A DNA stretch of 64,000 nt. Origin: Bdellovibrionales bacterium. GTDB taxonomy: Bacteria; Bdellovibrionota; Bdellovibrionia; Bdellovibrionales; DASUEL01. How positions within the stretch are numbered: the first letter of the stretch is position 1; every line of letters begins with the position of its first letter. The notes beneath the pieces are model-generated. The model was not told where the DNA came from. It was given only the letters and a program-made list of their open reading frames with translations, and ran no database searches. Of the stretch, positions 46,538-55,779 are shown piece by piece. The DNA is taken from positions 64,001-128,000 of the forward strand of contig JBFWOZ010000001.1 of the NCBI GenBank assembly GCA_050250255.1. Direction: 5' to 3'. The position numbers were made by a program, and so were the translations under genes.

Positions 46538-46655
46538 GGAGAGCGGAGCTTCGGCCCCGTGTCTGAAAGCGCGGCCATCCATGGCCTCGCCGACCGGCAA
46601 GCGCACCATCCATGGGTCGGAGGCTTTCAGACACGGGGCCGAAGCTCCGCTCTCC
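46538..46655. repeat. 118-bp palindromic element with perfect 33-bp terminal inverted repeats
   Basis: 46538-46570 is the exact reverse complement of 46623-46655; the interior has two CCATCCATGG copies. Confidence 0.9.
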
Positions 46656-46771
46656 AAAGTAACATTTCTTCTTAAAATAGAAGCTTAAAGTTTAGATATA
46701 CAGAAATGTGACTTGAGTAGGTTTTGGAATTATTTGGGTGAGAACTCGGAGTGAATTCTCACCATGTTTGT

Positions 46772-48568
46772 TTAGGCTTCGGTGCCGTAGAGTTTGTCGA
46801 TTGTGTCTTTGTATTTTTTGTCGCAATATTTGCGTTTTACTTTGAGGGATGGCGTGATTTCGCCCTCCTCAACTGTAAAGTCGTTAGGTAGAATTGCGAA
46901 GTTTTTGATCGATTCGTAGCTTCCTAGTTTTGAATTCACATCGGCAATAACGTCTCGAATGAGGGCCATCACTTGTTTGTTTGAAGCCAACTGAGTTTTA
47001 TCCGAATAGCTGATGTTGTTGGCTTTAGCGAAGGATTCGATGTTTTCGTAATTTAACGTAATGAGAGCTACGATATATTTCTTTTGATCGCCATGGATAA
47101 GTACATTCGAAACATATTTGCTGAGCTTTAAAAGATTTTCGAGCTTTTGAGGGGCGACGTATTTTCCACCCGCTGTTTTAATTAAATCCTTTTTACGATC
47201 AGTGATGGTGAGAAAGCCTCGAGCATCCATTTCACCGATATCGCCAGTGGCAAACCAGCCATCCACAAAAACATCTTTCGTCGCTTCTTCGTTCTTGTAA
47301 TAGCCCGGAGTGATTTTATCACTCTTCACGAGGATTTCCCCGTCATTGGCCAACTTGTACTTCACATCGCCAATAGGAAAACCAACCGATCCAAATTTAA
47401 ACTCGGTTTCGGTATTCGCAAAGACCGCGGCGGTGGTTTCCGTGAGCCCGTAACCTTCGATAATTAGAAGATTGGCGGCATGAAAAAACTCAGCAATATC
47501 TTTTGAGAGGGGAGCGCCACCAGAAATGGCAAATCGAAGACGGCCTCCCATTTTCGCTGCCAACTTATCAAATACTAATTTTTTTGCGACTTGATATTGG
47601 AGAAGAGTAGTAAAAGGAGCCGATTTTTTCTGAATGCGATATTGGCTGACTTCTTTTCCAATTCCTAGCGCCCAATAAAATATTTTCTTTTTCGTTGGAC
47701 TCGCTTCTGCCTGTGTCACCATGCTGTTGTAGATCTTTTCGAAAATGCGTGGAACAGCCACCATAAAAGTTGGTTTTACATCAATAAGGTTGGCTCTAAT
47801 TCGATCAATGTTTTCAGCGTAGCCCATCGTAAAGCCCATATAGGTATGACCAAAATGCTCAACACGAGCCAGGATATGAGCAAAAGGCAAAAAGGTGAGG
47901 CTGAGATCAACATCGGTCACTCCCACATGATTGAATACATCTTTGACTTCACTCATGATGTTTTTATGAGTGAGGATCACACCTTTTGGCTGACCTGTTG
48001 TTCCTGACGTATAAACAATACTTGCTAAGTCATCGATTTTTAGTTTTGTAGCGTTGTGCTGAAGAAAACCTTCTTTGCCCGTGAGATATTGGGCTCCTTC
48101 TCTTTTAAGTTCCATGATGCTGATGGGATTTGATTCTTTGGATTGAATCGACTCAAAACTTACAACATGCTGAACGTTAGGACATTTGTTTTTAACGAGA
48201 AGCCAGCGTTCGAAAATTTGTCGATTTTCACAGAAGAGAATTTTTGTTTCTGAGTTATTAAGAATGAACTCAACGTCTTCCGGGATGCTGCTAGGATAAA
48301 TGGGGACCGTAATGGCGCCGAGCGAGAGGACGGCCATATCTGTCATTGCCCATTCGACGCGTGTGTTCGCGTAGATGGCGACACGGTCACCGTCTTTAAT
48401 TCCTTTTTGAGCAAGACCAGCGGCGATTTGTTCAATTTGATCGACGTAATCTTTCCAGGTGATCTCTGTCCATCTTTCATTCTTAACGAATTTCACGCAG
48501 GCTTTGTTGGGATGTTTTTGGCGACGCTCAATGAGTTTGTGGCAAATAGTTTCTGTCATAGATGTCAT
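46772..48568 (-). CDS. Long-chain fatty acid-CoA ligase (AMP-binding)
   Basis: YTSGTTGQPKG, EGYGLTET, FATGD and DRKKDLI motifs. Confidence 0.92.
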   Translation of the reverse strand: MTSMTETICHKLIERRQKHPNKACVKFVKNERWTEITWKDYVDQIEQIAAGLAQKGIKDGDRVAIYANTRVEWAMTDMAVLSLGAITVPIYPSSIPEDVEFILNNSETKILFCENRQIFERWLLVKNKCPNVQHVVSFESIQSKESNPISIMELKREGAQYLTGKEGFLQHNATKLKIDDLASIVYTSGTTGQPKGVILTHKNIMSEVKDVFNHVGVTDVDLSLTFLPFAHILARVEHFGHTYMGFTMGYAENIDRIRANLIDVKPTFMVAVPRIFEKIYNSMVTQAEASPTKKKIFYWALGIGKEVSQYRIQKKSAPFTTLLQYQVAKKLVFDKLAAKMGGRLRFAISGGAPLSKDIAEFFHAANLLIIEGYGLTETTAAVFANTETEFKFGSVGFPIGDVKYKLANDGEILVKSDKITPGYYKNEEATKDVFVDGWFATGDIGEMDARGFLTITDRKKDLIKTAGGKYVAPQKLENLLKLSKYVSNVLIHGDQKKYIVALITLNYENIESFAKANNISYSDKTQLASNKQVMALIRDVIADVNSKLGSYESIKNFAILPNDFTVEEGEITPSLKVKRKYCDKKYKDTIDKLYGTEA

Positions 48569-48598
48569 GCTTTCAAAAAAAAATTGTTTCTTCAAGTC

Positions 48599-50563
48599 CT
48601 ATTGTCTTTGAGCTGGTTGTCTTTGACCGCTTTTTAGGAAAATAGTCACTTCCTGATGGGTATTTTCTCGAAGCATTATAGACTGTTCACCGGTTGTATT
48701 GGTGAAGGAATCAATAGCTTTAATGTTTAGTGGTGTCATGGCAGGCACAACTAACTTACTGACGGGAGAGGTGTCAGAGATTTTTTTATCGTTCAAATAG
48801 ACAGGTGCGCCACCAGGTACAACCTTTATAGTGAGATAAGCCATTTTCATTTTTGCGAGAGTGAATGAGAATGTTTGTCCAGAACGGTCAGCGCGGATGG
48901 TTTGGCTTAAATCTTGGAATCCATCTTTTCTCACGGTGACAATAACGGGAGTATTTAAAGGTACGTCGATCTGTGCGGGGGTTGTGCCCACTACCTGAGA
49001 ATTCAGCACGATTTGTGCTTCCGCAGGATAACTAACAATGGCCACCGTTACAGCATTTGCCATTGTGTTAGCGGTTGGCGGAGTAGAGGGAGTTGTGGGT
49101 TGTGGTGCCGTCGCAGGTACGCTTGGCGAAGGTTCCGTGGCGACAGGCTTCACGCTGCGAGAAGGTTCAGTTGCGGAGCCTTCACAAAAGCTCTGAAGCT
49201 TAACGCGTTCACAGAGTACGCGTTTCATAGATGAAGGATTGCTATAGAAAAAGTAACCACCGGCGCCTAATAGAAGCAGAGTGAAGTACAAACCTGCAGA
49301 GGAAGAGGGTTTTGCCGGGTGATCATAAACTGGTTGCTGATGAGAAATCATCCCAGGCCGAGCTCGAGAATTTGAGCGCTCGGACGGGGTTTCAAGCTTT
49401 GAAAGACGAGGCCCCTTTGTATCCGTATTTTCAATGAGTTTTCCTGAGAAGGCATCGAGTTTTCCTAGCCTCTCACGTATAGCTTCCATGGATTCTGTTT
49501 CGGTATCCGTCACAGTTGCCGTATTGGAGTCTGCTCCACCTGAGCCAGACATATCAACATAAACTGTTTTGTCATCAGCCTTGTTGAAATTGATTTTTGC
49601 GTATTCAATTAACTTGCGTCGACTCTCTAAAAGCTCTTCTGCAAAAAGTTGCTTCAGGGTCAGGCTAAAATCGTTTGGAGAAAAATCAGGGAATTGTCTG
49701 TTGAGGTAGCTATTGAGATCTTTATGAAATTCCGCAGCTGATTGGTATCGCAAATTTTTATCTCGCGCGAGCGCTTTCGCAACGATTTTTTCAAGATCAA
49801 CAGGAATGTTTGGATCGAGCTTGTGAAGACTGGGAACGTGGCATTCTTTAATCTTCTTAAGCGTGTTCATTTCGTTATTTGCTAAGAACAATCGATCATT
49901 CGCAAGTATTTCCCAAAGAACAATCCCAAGCGAAAAGACATCTGTACGAGCGTCGACTTCATTACCCTCTGCTTGCTCAGGGCTCATATAGCTAAATTTA
50001 CCCTTAAGAGTGCCGGCGCGAGTTGATTCCGCCTGGCTTTCGGCTTTCGCGATACCGAAATCTACGATTTTGACATTTCCTTCAAAGCTCATCATGAGAT
50101 TCTGTGGGCTAATATCTCGGTGAATGATGTTGAGAGGTTTTCCAGTATTGCCTTCGATACATCGATGAGCATGATCAAGTCCACGAGCCGCTTCGTTAAT
50201 GACGTAAATTGCTTGGTCCACGGGAAGAGCACGATTGAGTTCTTTCAGTCGATTGAGAATTTGTCGAAGGTTTCGGCCTTCCACATATTCCATGGCTAGA
50301 TAGAACTGCTCGCTTTCAATACCGAATTCAAAAATGGAGACAATGTTGCTGTGAGCAAGATTGACGGCAATTTTTGCCTCTGCCTTGAACATTTCAATAA
50401 ACTCAGCGCTCTTGGAGAATTGGGGAAGGATTTTCTTAACGGCAACGATTTTGGCGACATTCTCAGCGCCAGTCATCTTTGCGAGATAGACTTCGGCCAT
50501 CCCGCCGGCAGCAAGTTTATCAAGAAGGATGTATTTCCCAAAGAATTCCGGTTTACCGCTCAC
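48599..50563 (-). CDS. Hanks-type Ser/Thr kinase with TM and PEGA-like domains
   Basis: GGMAEVY, HRDISPQN, DFGIAK and YMSPEQ motifs; TM near residue 425; two PEGA-like repeats. Confidence 0.92.
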   Translation of the reverse strand: MSGKPEFFGKYILLDKLAAGGMAEVYLAKMTGAENVAKIVAVKKILPQFSKSAEFIEMFKAEAKIAVNLAHSNIVSIFEFGIESEQFYLAMEYVEGRNLRQILNRLKELNRALPVDQAIYVINEAARGLDHAHRCIEGNTGKPLNIIHRDISPQNLMMSFEGNVKIVDFGIAKAESQAESTRAGTLKGKFSYMSPEQAEGNEVDARTDVFSLGIVLWEILANDRLFLANNEMNTLKKIKECHVPSLHKLDPNIPVDLEKIVAKALARDKNLRYQSAAEFHKDLNSYLNRQFPDFSPNDFSLTLKQLFAEELLESRRKLIEYAKINFNKADDKTVYVDMSGSGGADSNTATVTDTETESMEAIRERLGKLDAFSGKLIENTDTKGPRLSKLETPSERSNSRARPGMISHQQPVYDHPAKPSSSAGLYFTLLLLGAGGYFFYSNPSSMKRVLCERVKLQSFCEGSATEPSRSVKPVATEPSPSVPATAPQPTTPSTPPTANTMANAVTVAIVSYPAEAQIVLNSQVVGTTPAQIDVPLNTPVIVTVRKDGFQDLSQTIRADRSGQTFSFTLAKMKMAYLTIKVVPGGAPVYLNDKKISDTSPVSKLVVPAMTPLNIKAIDSFTNTTGEQSIMLRENTHQEVTIFLKSGQRQPAQRQ

Positions 50564-50580
50564 TTGTTCTCCCCTATGAT

Positions 50581-50608
50581 TTATCGGTGAAACACTTGTA
50601 ATGCTTAA
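50581..50608 (-). promoter_or_regulatory. sigma28-like promoter upstream of the kinase
   Basis: Minus strand reads TTAAG-N15-ACCGATAA. Confidence 0.6.
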
Positions 50609-50635
50609 AAAAATTGGGTGTTTAGAGATGAAACG

Positions 50636-51235
50636 ATGAAATGGATTGGACTCACCGGAGGTATAGCTTCGGGTAAATCAACGGTGTCAGATATCTTCAG
50701 GCGTCACGGGATCCCTATTATAGATGCGGATGTCTTAGCTCGTAGGGTTGTCGAAAAGGGAAGTGATGGATTAAAAGACATCGTTACTGCCTTTGGTCCA
50801 GATATGTTGTCGCAGGACGGAAGTCTAGACAGAAAAAAAATGGCCGTGCGTGTGTTTCAAAATAAAAAAGATTTAGAAAAACTAGAAAACATTCTTCATC
50901 CTCGTGTTCGTCAATTATTCGATGCAGAAAAACACGCTTTGCAGAACCAAAACCATCGCTTTGGTATTTATGATGTGCCTTTGTTATTTGAAAAAAAAAT
51001 GGAGCCACTTTTTGATGGCATCATTGTTGTTCACGCTTCACCAGAACTCCAAAAAGCGCGAATGAAAAAAAGAGACGCCTTAGGTGACGAAGAGATCACC
51101 CGTCGTTTGCAGTCGCAGATGGATCTTAAGGAAAAGGTCAAAAAAGCTCATTGGGTGATTCGAAACTCAGGCTCGCTCCAAGAATTAGAAAATCAAGTCA
51201 CCGCACTAATCACAAAACTACGAGGCTCTCCATAA
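50636..51235 (+). CDS. coaE: Dephospho-CoA kinase
   Basis: GLTGGIASGKST, IDAD and DVPLLFE motifs. Confidence 0.95.
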   Translation: MKWIGLTGGIASGKSTVSDIFRRHGIPIIDADVLARRVVEKGSDGLKDIVTAFGPDMLSQDGSLDRKKMAVRVFQNKKDLEKLENILHPRVRQLFDAEKHALQNQNHRFGIYDVPLLFEKKMEPLFDGIIVVHASPELQKARMKKRDALGDEEITRRLQSQMDLKEKVKKAHWVIRNSGSLQELENQVTALITKLRGSP

Positions 51236-51344
51236 GAGACGGAGTCGAGGCGCGACCGAGGGGAGCGCGGAGGCCTACTTCCTGTAGGCCGCACAAGCGA
51301 CCCGACCGAGCAACGAAGGATCCGGCTCTTATGGAGAGCCTCGT
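51220..51344. mobile_element. 125-bp MITE-like palindromic element
   Basis: 19-bp perfect terminal inverted repeats ACGAGGCTCTCCATAAGAG, central GGCCTAC/GTAGGCC hairpin, GC-rich relative to its flanks. Confidence 0.65.
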
Positions 51345-51982
51345 TACCAGGCCCATGAGTAGCCTATGACAAATTGGATTCCTACGTACTTTGTGCTCGC
51401 AAACACTTCGCAGTCGACTCTCGCACTGATTGGGTCATCCAAAAAATATTCGAAACCTGTGGCCCCACGAATTTGAAAATATTCATATTTTAAAAGCGTG
51501 TTGAGTTGTTCACTTGGCACAATTCTTACGGCGCCGGCCGCTTTGAGATAGTGGCGGGTAGGGTTGTTATGTTTAAAAACAAATTTTTTCCCTACACTTA
51601 AAACCCCTGTGCCATCGTTGATCACATCTGTGCCGACTTCCCAATGCCGACCGTTAGGATCGGGAAGCATAAAGTGAAATCCAAAGAGATGATGGAAAGT
51701 CAGATTTGAAAAACGGCTGGAATCAGAGCCCATTCCCAAGCGAGGAGAAATCGCGGTTTGGTAGGGATAAAAAGTTTCGTTTGTTTTTTTGACCGTGTTG
51801 TTTTTAAGAGGGGGAGGCTCAGCAATGTGCATTTCTTGAACGGCTGGTAGAACGTCTTGCTCTGTATTATGCTGAGTTGACTCTGACTCGACGAGAGTTG
51901 AGGGTTGCACCTTAGGTGCGGAATACGCGAGGTGACCGCAAAATAAAACAAAAAAGAAGAAGGTCCTAATCAAGATGCTCAT
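51344..51982 (-). CDS. Secreted hypothetical protein, probable small beta-barrel
   Basis: Signal peptide; C-terminal strands ending IGYSWAW. Confidence 0.7.
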   Translation of the reverse strand: MSILIRTFFFFVLFCGHLAYSAPKVQPSTLVESESTQHNTEQDVLPAVQEMHIAEPPPLKNNTVKKTNETFYPYQTAISPRLGMGSDSSRFSNLTFHHLFGFHFMLPDPNGRHWEVGTDVINDGTGVLSVGKKFVFKHNNPTRHYLKAAGAVRIVPSEQLNTLLKYEYFQIRGATGFEYFLDDPISARVDCEVFASTKYVGIQFVIGYSWAW

Positions 51983-52074
51983 CTTATCAAAGTATATACT
52001 AACAACTTTCCTTAAATTAGAATTTTCATAAAGAGTACGACGAAAGAATGTCTATTTTGTCCACGGAGGGATGC

Positions 52075-53226
52075 GTGTCTTGTCGGTCATTGTTACGAAT
52101 ATTAGGATGTTTTCTTGCATTATCGATTTCTCACCAAGTTTGGGCTCAAACGAATGTGAATCTTAATAACTCCATTCGCCATGACTATATCAGTCCAAGA
52201 GCACTAGGTATGGGTGATGCTTTTACTGCGGTGGCCGACGATCACAACACTCTTTTTTATAATCCTGCAGGGTTAGCGTTTCTCCAAGAGGGTAATTTAA
52301 ATTTGAAGTTGCAGGCGGGTGCAACACCTGAAGTGATGAACTTCACGCGCGACCTTCAATCGGCAACCGGCAAACCCACCGAAACTGAAAAAGTAAATGC
52401 GACGACCGATCTCATTACACAAAATTTCGGAAAAGATTATTGGGCTCGTCCTTCCGTAGGTGGTATTTGGGTGCGACCTCTTTGGGGTGTGGCTTTCATT
52501 CCTCTCGATACATCAATTGATCTGGCGATTCACCAACAGACGGGTCCCACTCTGAACGTTGAGGTTTATCAAGACTCCACCTTGGCTTACGGAACCGCTC
52601 GTACCTTCATGGATAAGAAATTAGCGGTTGGTGTAACGGCCAAGGCTATTTACCGTGGATACGTAGGGAAGGCTGTGCAAGCTACTGAGCTTGTCGTGAA
52701 CTCGGAGTACTTTTCAAAGAAGGACGCTAAAGAGGGGATGACAATCGATGCGGATGTCGGCGCACTCTATCGCTCTCCGTTTTTTACGGATAAAGTGAAG
52801 CCCACATTTAGTGCTGTTTTAAGAAACGTGGCCGACTATGGATTTAAAAGAAACTTTCATTTGATTGATGCAAACTCTGAAGAACCCCCCAAATTGGATC
52901 GACGATTAGATTTAGGTTCGAACTGGGAGTTTGGAAATTGGTGGATTTTTGCGCCTAGAGTGACGTTAGATGTAAGAGATATCGGTCACCGATTTTGGAC
53001 GTTCCGCAAAGGGTTGCACGTGGGAGTGGAGCTTGATTGGCTTATCTCTTGGTGGCTTAAGGGCGGATACCGTATGGGGCTTTCGCAAGGGTATCTCACT
53101 GCCGGAGCTTCTGCGCAATTCTCTTGGTTTCGCTTAGATCTGGCAACCTTCAGTGAAGAATTGGGAACCTCTAATGCGAAAAAAGAAAATCGTCGTTGGA
53201 TTCTCTCTGCGAGTTTAGACTTTTAA
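52075..53226 (+). CDS. Outer-membrane beta-barrel of the FadL/PorV/TraF-like superfamily
   Basis: RALGMGDAFTAVADD...FYNPAGLA plug motif; terminal Phe; GGAGGG RBS before GTG 52075. Confidence 0.8.
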   Translation: MSCRSLLRILGCFLALSISHQVWAQTNVNLNNSIRHDYISPRALGMGDAFTAVADDHNTLFYNPAGLAFLQEGNLNLKLQAGATPEVMNFTRDLQSATGKPTETEKVNATTDLITQNFGKDYWARPSVGGIWVRPLWGVAFIPLDTSIDLAIHQQTGPTLNVEVYQDSTLAYGTARTFMDKKLAVGVTAKAIYRGYVGKAVQATELVVNSEYFSKKDAKEGMTIDADVGALYRSPFFTDKVKPTFSAVLRNVADYGFKRNFHLIDANSEEPPKLDRRLDLGSNWEFGNWWIFAPRVTLDVRDIGHRFWTFRKGLHVGVELDWLISWWLKGGYRMGLSQGYLTAGASAQFSWFRLDLATFSEELGTSNAKKENRRWILSASLDF

Positions 53227-53750
53227 TTAAAATTATTTACGAGTGCGATGTGCGGCAAATTTCGATATTTGCCGTCGTAATCTAAGCCGTAACCTACGAC
53301 GAAATCATTTCCGATTTCGAAGCCCACATGGTCCAACTGACATTTTGTTTTTAAAGCTGCCGGCTTAAAAAGAAGCGAAGCGGTTGTGATGCTTTTTGGT
53401 TCACGGGCTTGAAGATTTTTAACGAGATAATTCATCGTATTTCCCGTATCCACAATATCCTCTATCAGCAGAATGTGTTTTCCTTGAATGGGGCTTGTTA
53501 AATCCATAGTCAGTTTCACTTCGCCGGAAGATTGCATTTTGGCATAACTAGCAACACCAAAAAACTCACACTTCACATCGGTGTCAATGCGGCGAACGAG
53601 ATCTGCAAAAAACATAAAAGCGCCACGTAAAACGCAGATGGCAACGACATCTTGATTCTTAAATTTCTTGGAGAGCTCCGCGCCCATTTCCTGAATACGT
53701 TTTTGAATTTTTTCTTCAGAAATCAATGTTTCGAGTTTCAAATTTTCCAC
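53223..53750 (-). CDS. hpt: Hypoxanthine phosphoribosyltransferase
   Basis: LLIEDIVDTGNT and FVVGYGLDY motifs. Confidence 0.95.
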   Translation of the reverse strand: MENLKLETLISEEKIQKRIQEMGAELSKKFKNQDVVAICVLRGAFMFFADLVRRIDTDVKCEFFGVASYAKMQSSGEVKLTMDLTSPIQGKHILLIEDIVDTGNTMNYLVKNLQAREPKSITTASLLFKPAALKTKCQLDHVGFEIGNDFVVGYGLDYDGKYRNLPHIALVNNFN

Positions 53751-53799
53751 GGGACCTCCAAAAGAGAATAGCTTATGAAGTTATCAGATTCAGTGCCAC

Positions 53800-54600
53800 T
53801 TAGACAAAAGCATTATTGAGAATTTCGCCTAATCCACCAGCCCCAGGAACAATATACTGCTTATCGTTAAGGCCGCGTTCTTTATCCCAGTGCGTTCCGG
53901 GAGGAGTCCCTAGAACATTTTTAGGAGAAAGGCCTCGATCCAAACGTAGGGCATAGATACGAATGTCAGGATGAGCCGAAAGAACGTTTTTGAGGAATTC
54001 AGGGGTAATGATCAAATGGAGGCACACAAAACGAGCTTTTTTGCCTTTAAACTTCTTCTTATAAAGCTCGAGCGTTGTCACGATCGTGCTACCGGTTGCA
54101 CCCATAGGATCGGCAAGAAACACAGTGGTATCGGCGACATCTCCACCAATTTTTACTCCACCGAGGCCCGCTCCCGTAACTTGATCTTTTTCATCTGTGA
54201 GTCGAGCGGCCCATACGTGATCTTGTCTCACAAGGTCAGGTTGTAGGGTGTGATTAAGAATTTTATAGCCAACTTGGCTTGCGGGAATTCCTGCTCGCGC
54301 AAGACTTACGCAGACCGCTTTTTGTTTTGGATCAATGACTTCGGAATCCAATTTTTGATCTTTATGGAACGCGGTCATTCGAGTCGCCACACGTACTTTT
54401 GCATGTTTTAATTCGCGTCCCATCGAAAGTACGAAGAGATGAGCAAAAAGAGTTTCTACATATTCAAGGACTTGAGGCTGAATAGTCTGAGGCTGACTAA
54501 GTTTTGTCAGAAGAGAATTCAGATAAATGTCATTTACCAAAGTGACTTGTGATCCGTAGGAATGGGCTTGTTCGTAGGCATATGTTTTTTGTGATTTCAT
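53800..54600 (-). CDS. upp: Uracil phosphoribosyltransferase (divergent)
   Basis: LARAG, ADPMGATGST and YIVPGAG motifs. Confidence 0.8.
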   Translation of the reverse strand: MKSQKTYAYEQAHSYGSQVTLVNDIYLNSLLTKLSQPQTIQPQVLEYVETLFAHLFVLSMGRELKHAKVRVATRMTAFHKDQKLDSEVIDPKQKAVCVSLARAGIPASQVGYKILNHTLQPDLVRQDHVWAARLTDEKDQVTGAGLGGVKIGGDVADTTVFLADPMGATGSTIVTTLELYKKKFKGKKARFVCLHLIITPEFLKNVLSAHPDIRIYALRLDRGLSPKNVLGTPPGTHWDKERGLNDKQYIVPGAGGLGEILNNAFV

Positions 54601-54644
54601 TGAGGATGAATTAAAGCCCTGGGTCTTATAAAGGTCAAGGTGAA

Positions 54645-55706
54645 TTACTTTGCGCTTTCAACTTCTAGAATGATGACAAGTCCGCTTTGTTTATTTTGGA
54701 AGCGTTCGGATCTATAAATGCTAAGGAATTGATTCGAGAGGAAACTTTGCAATTCATTTTGGCTCACAGGTGGTCTGTTTTCTAGAAGTCCTGTGATATA
54801 AATAGCGCTTTTGGGACTCACTGCTAAGTCGCGAGAAAGAGAAATGGATTCTACTTGGGTTGTATTCGGCTTACCAATCAGTCGACGTCCCTCTAGAGCC
54901 AAATTCATTCCTGTCTCTGCGGGCGTATTCGCACGAATTTGGAGTGAAAGACCAATCTCAGAATGAATTCTTTGATCGTACGAAAGAAAGTTGAATTCAT
55001 TAGGACTTTGTTCATCGAAAGATATTTTTTGCTGAACGGAGCCGTGTTTATCAATGCTTGTATTAAAAGTTCGAAATTTATCTTCAGCCGTATTTTGGTT
55101 CGCTTCGAGTCGTATCACACCAATGATCGGTTGGTCGGAGGCTATGGTGCCGAGCGCGGCCTGGAAAATATCATAGTTCACTTCGTAAAAACTGAGACGA
55201 AAGTTGGTGGGGGTCCACTTTGTTGCTGCCGGCTGCGCGTTTTCCGTTTTTGCGGGAGGTGTCGCGGAAACAGCGGTTTCAGTGGTGGGAGCTAGGGCTT
55301 CGGTCGAGGCGGTTTCAGAAAAACCTACAGGAGAGTCTTCGGTGGGAGCTGCTTCCGGTAAAGTATTGGCAGGAGTTGGCGCTGGGGGGGGCGCGGGAGT
55401 GGGCGTCTGAGTCGAGGTTGTTGAAGTGGTGGTAACTGGACGTTCAGCGGGAATATTGTTCGCTTGAGGGGTTGGAGTGGCAGTTTGCGCAGGACTAACG
55501 GCCTGAATATTGTTCGAGGGTGTCGATATTTTTATTAAAATAACCACGATGCAGATGCAAATCAGAACTGCAGGGAGGCCGATTAAAAAAGTTTTGCTTG
55601 TTAAGAAGTGGGGAACGGCTGAGCCACGATAGAGAGACACGTCTACGCCACATTGGGCGCAAAATCGATCTTGGGGTTGGTCAAAACCACATTTTGGACA
55701 ATTCAT
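54645..55706 (-). CDS. Zn-ribbon + TM + Pro/Thr linker + secretin-like C-terminal domain protein
   Basis: CPKC...CAQC, TM, P/T/A-rich linker, C-terminal pattern resembling the secretin domain; start at ATG 55706. Confidence 0.75.
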   Translation of the reverse strand: MNCPKCGFDQPQDRFCAQCGVDVSLYRGSAVPHFLTSKTFLIGLPAVLICICIVVILIKISTPSNNIQAVSPAQTATPTPQANNIPAERPVTTTSTTSTQTPTPAPPPAPTPANTLPEAAPTEDSPVGFSETASTEALAPTTETAVSATPPAKTENAQPAATKWTPTNFRLSFYEVNYDIFQAALGTIASDQPIIGVIRLEANQNTAEDKFRTFNTSIDKHGSVQQKISFDEQSPNEFNFLSYDQRIHSEIGLSLQIRANTPAETGMNLALEGRRLIGKPNTTQVESISLSRDLAVSPKSAIYITGLLENRPPVSQNELQSFLSNQFLSIYRSERFQNKQSGLVIILEVESAK

Positions 55707-55779
55707 GAAAAACCCTACTTTCAGAGTAGCATACACAAGCATTCATTGAATGAAAAATCGTCAGTTGATAAAATGGGTC

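Noticed and set aside
46487..46675. 62-aa ORF over the 33-bp inverted repeat (likewise 51151..51369)
   Set aside because: A by-product of GC-rich palindromic DNA that lacks stop codons.
52075..53226. Conjugative element suggested by the TraF-like barrel
   Set aside because: No other tra, relaxase or integrase genes; the motif is shared by many chromosomal barrels.
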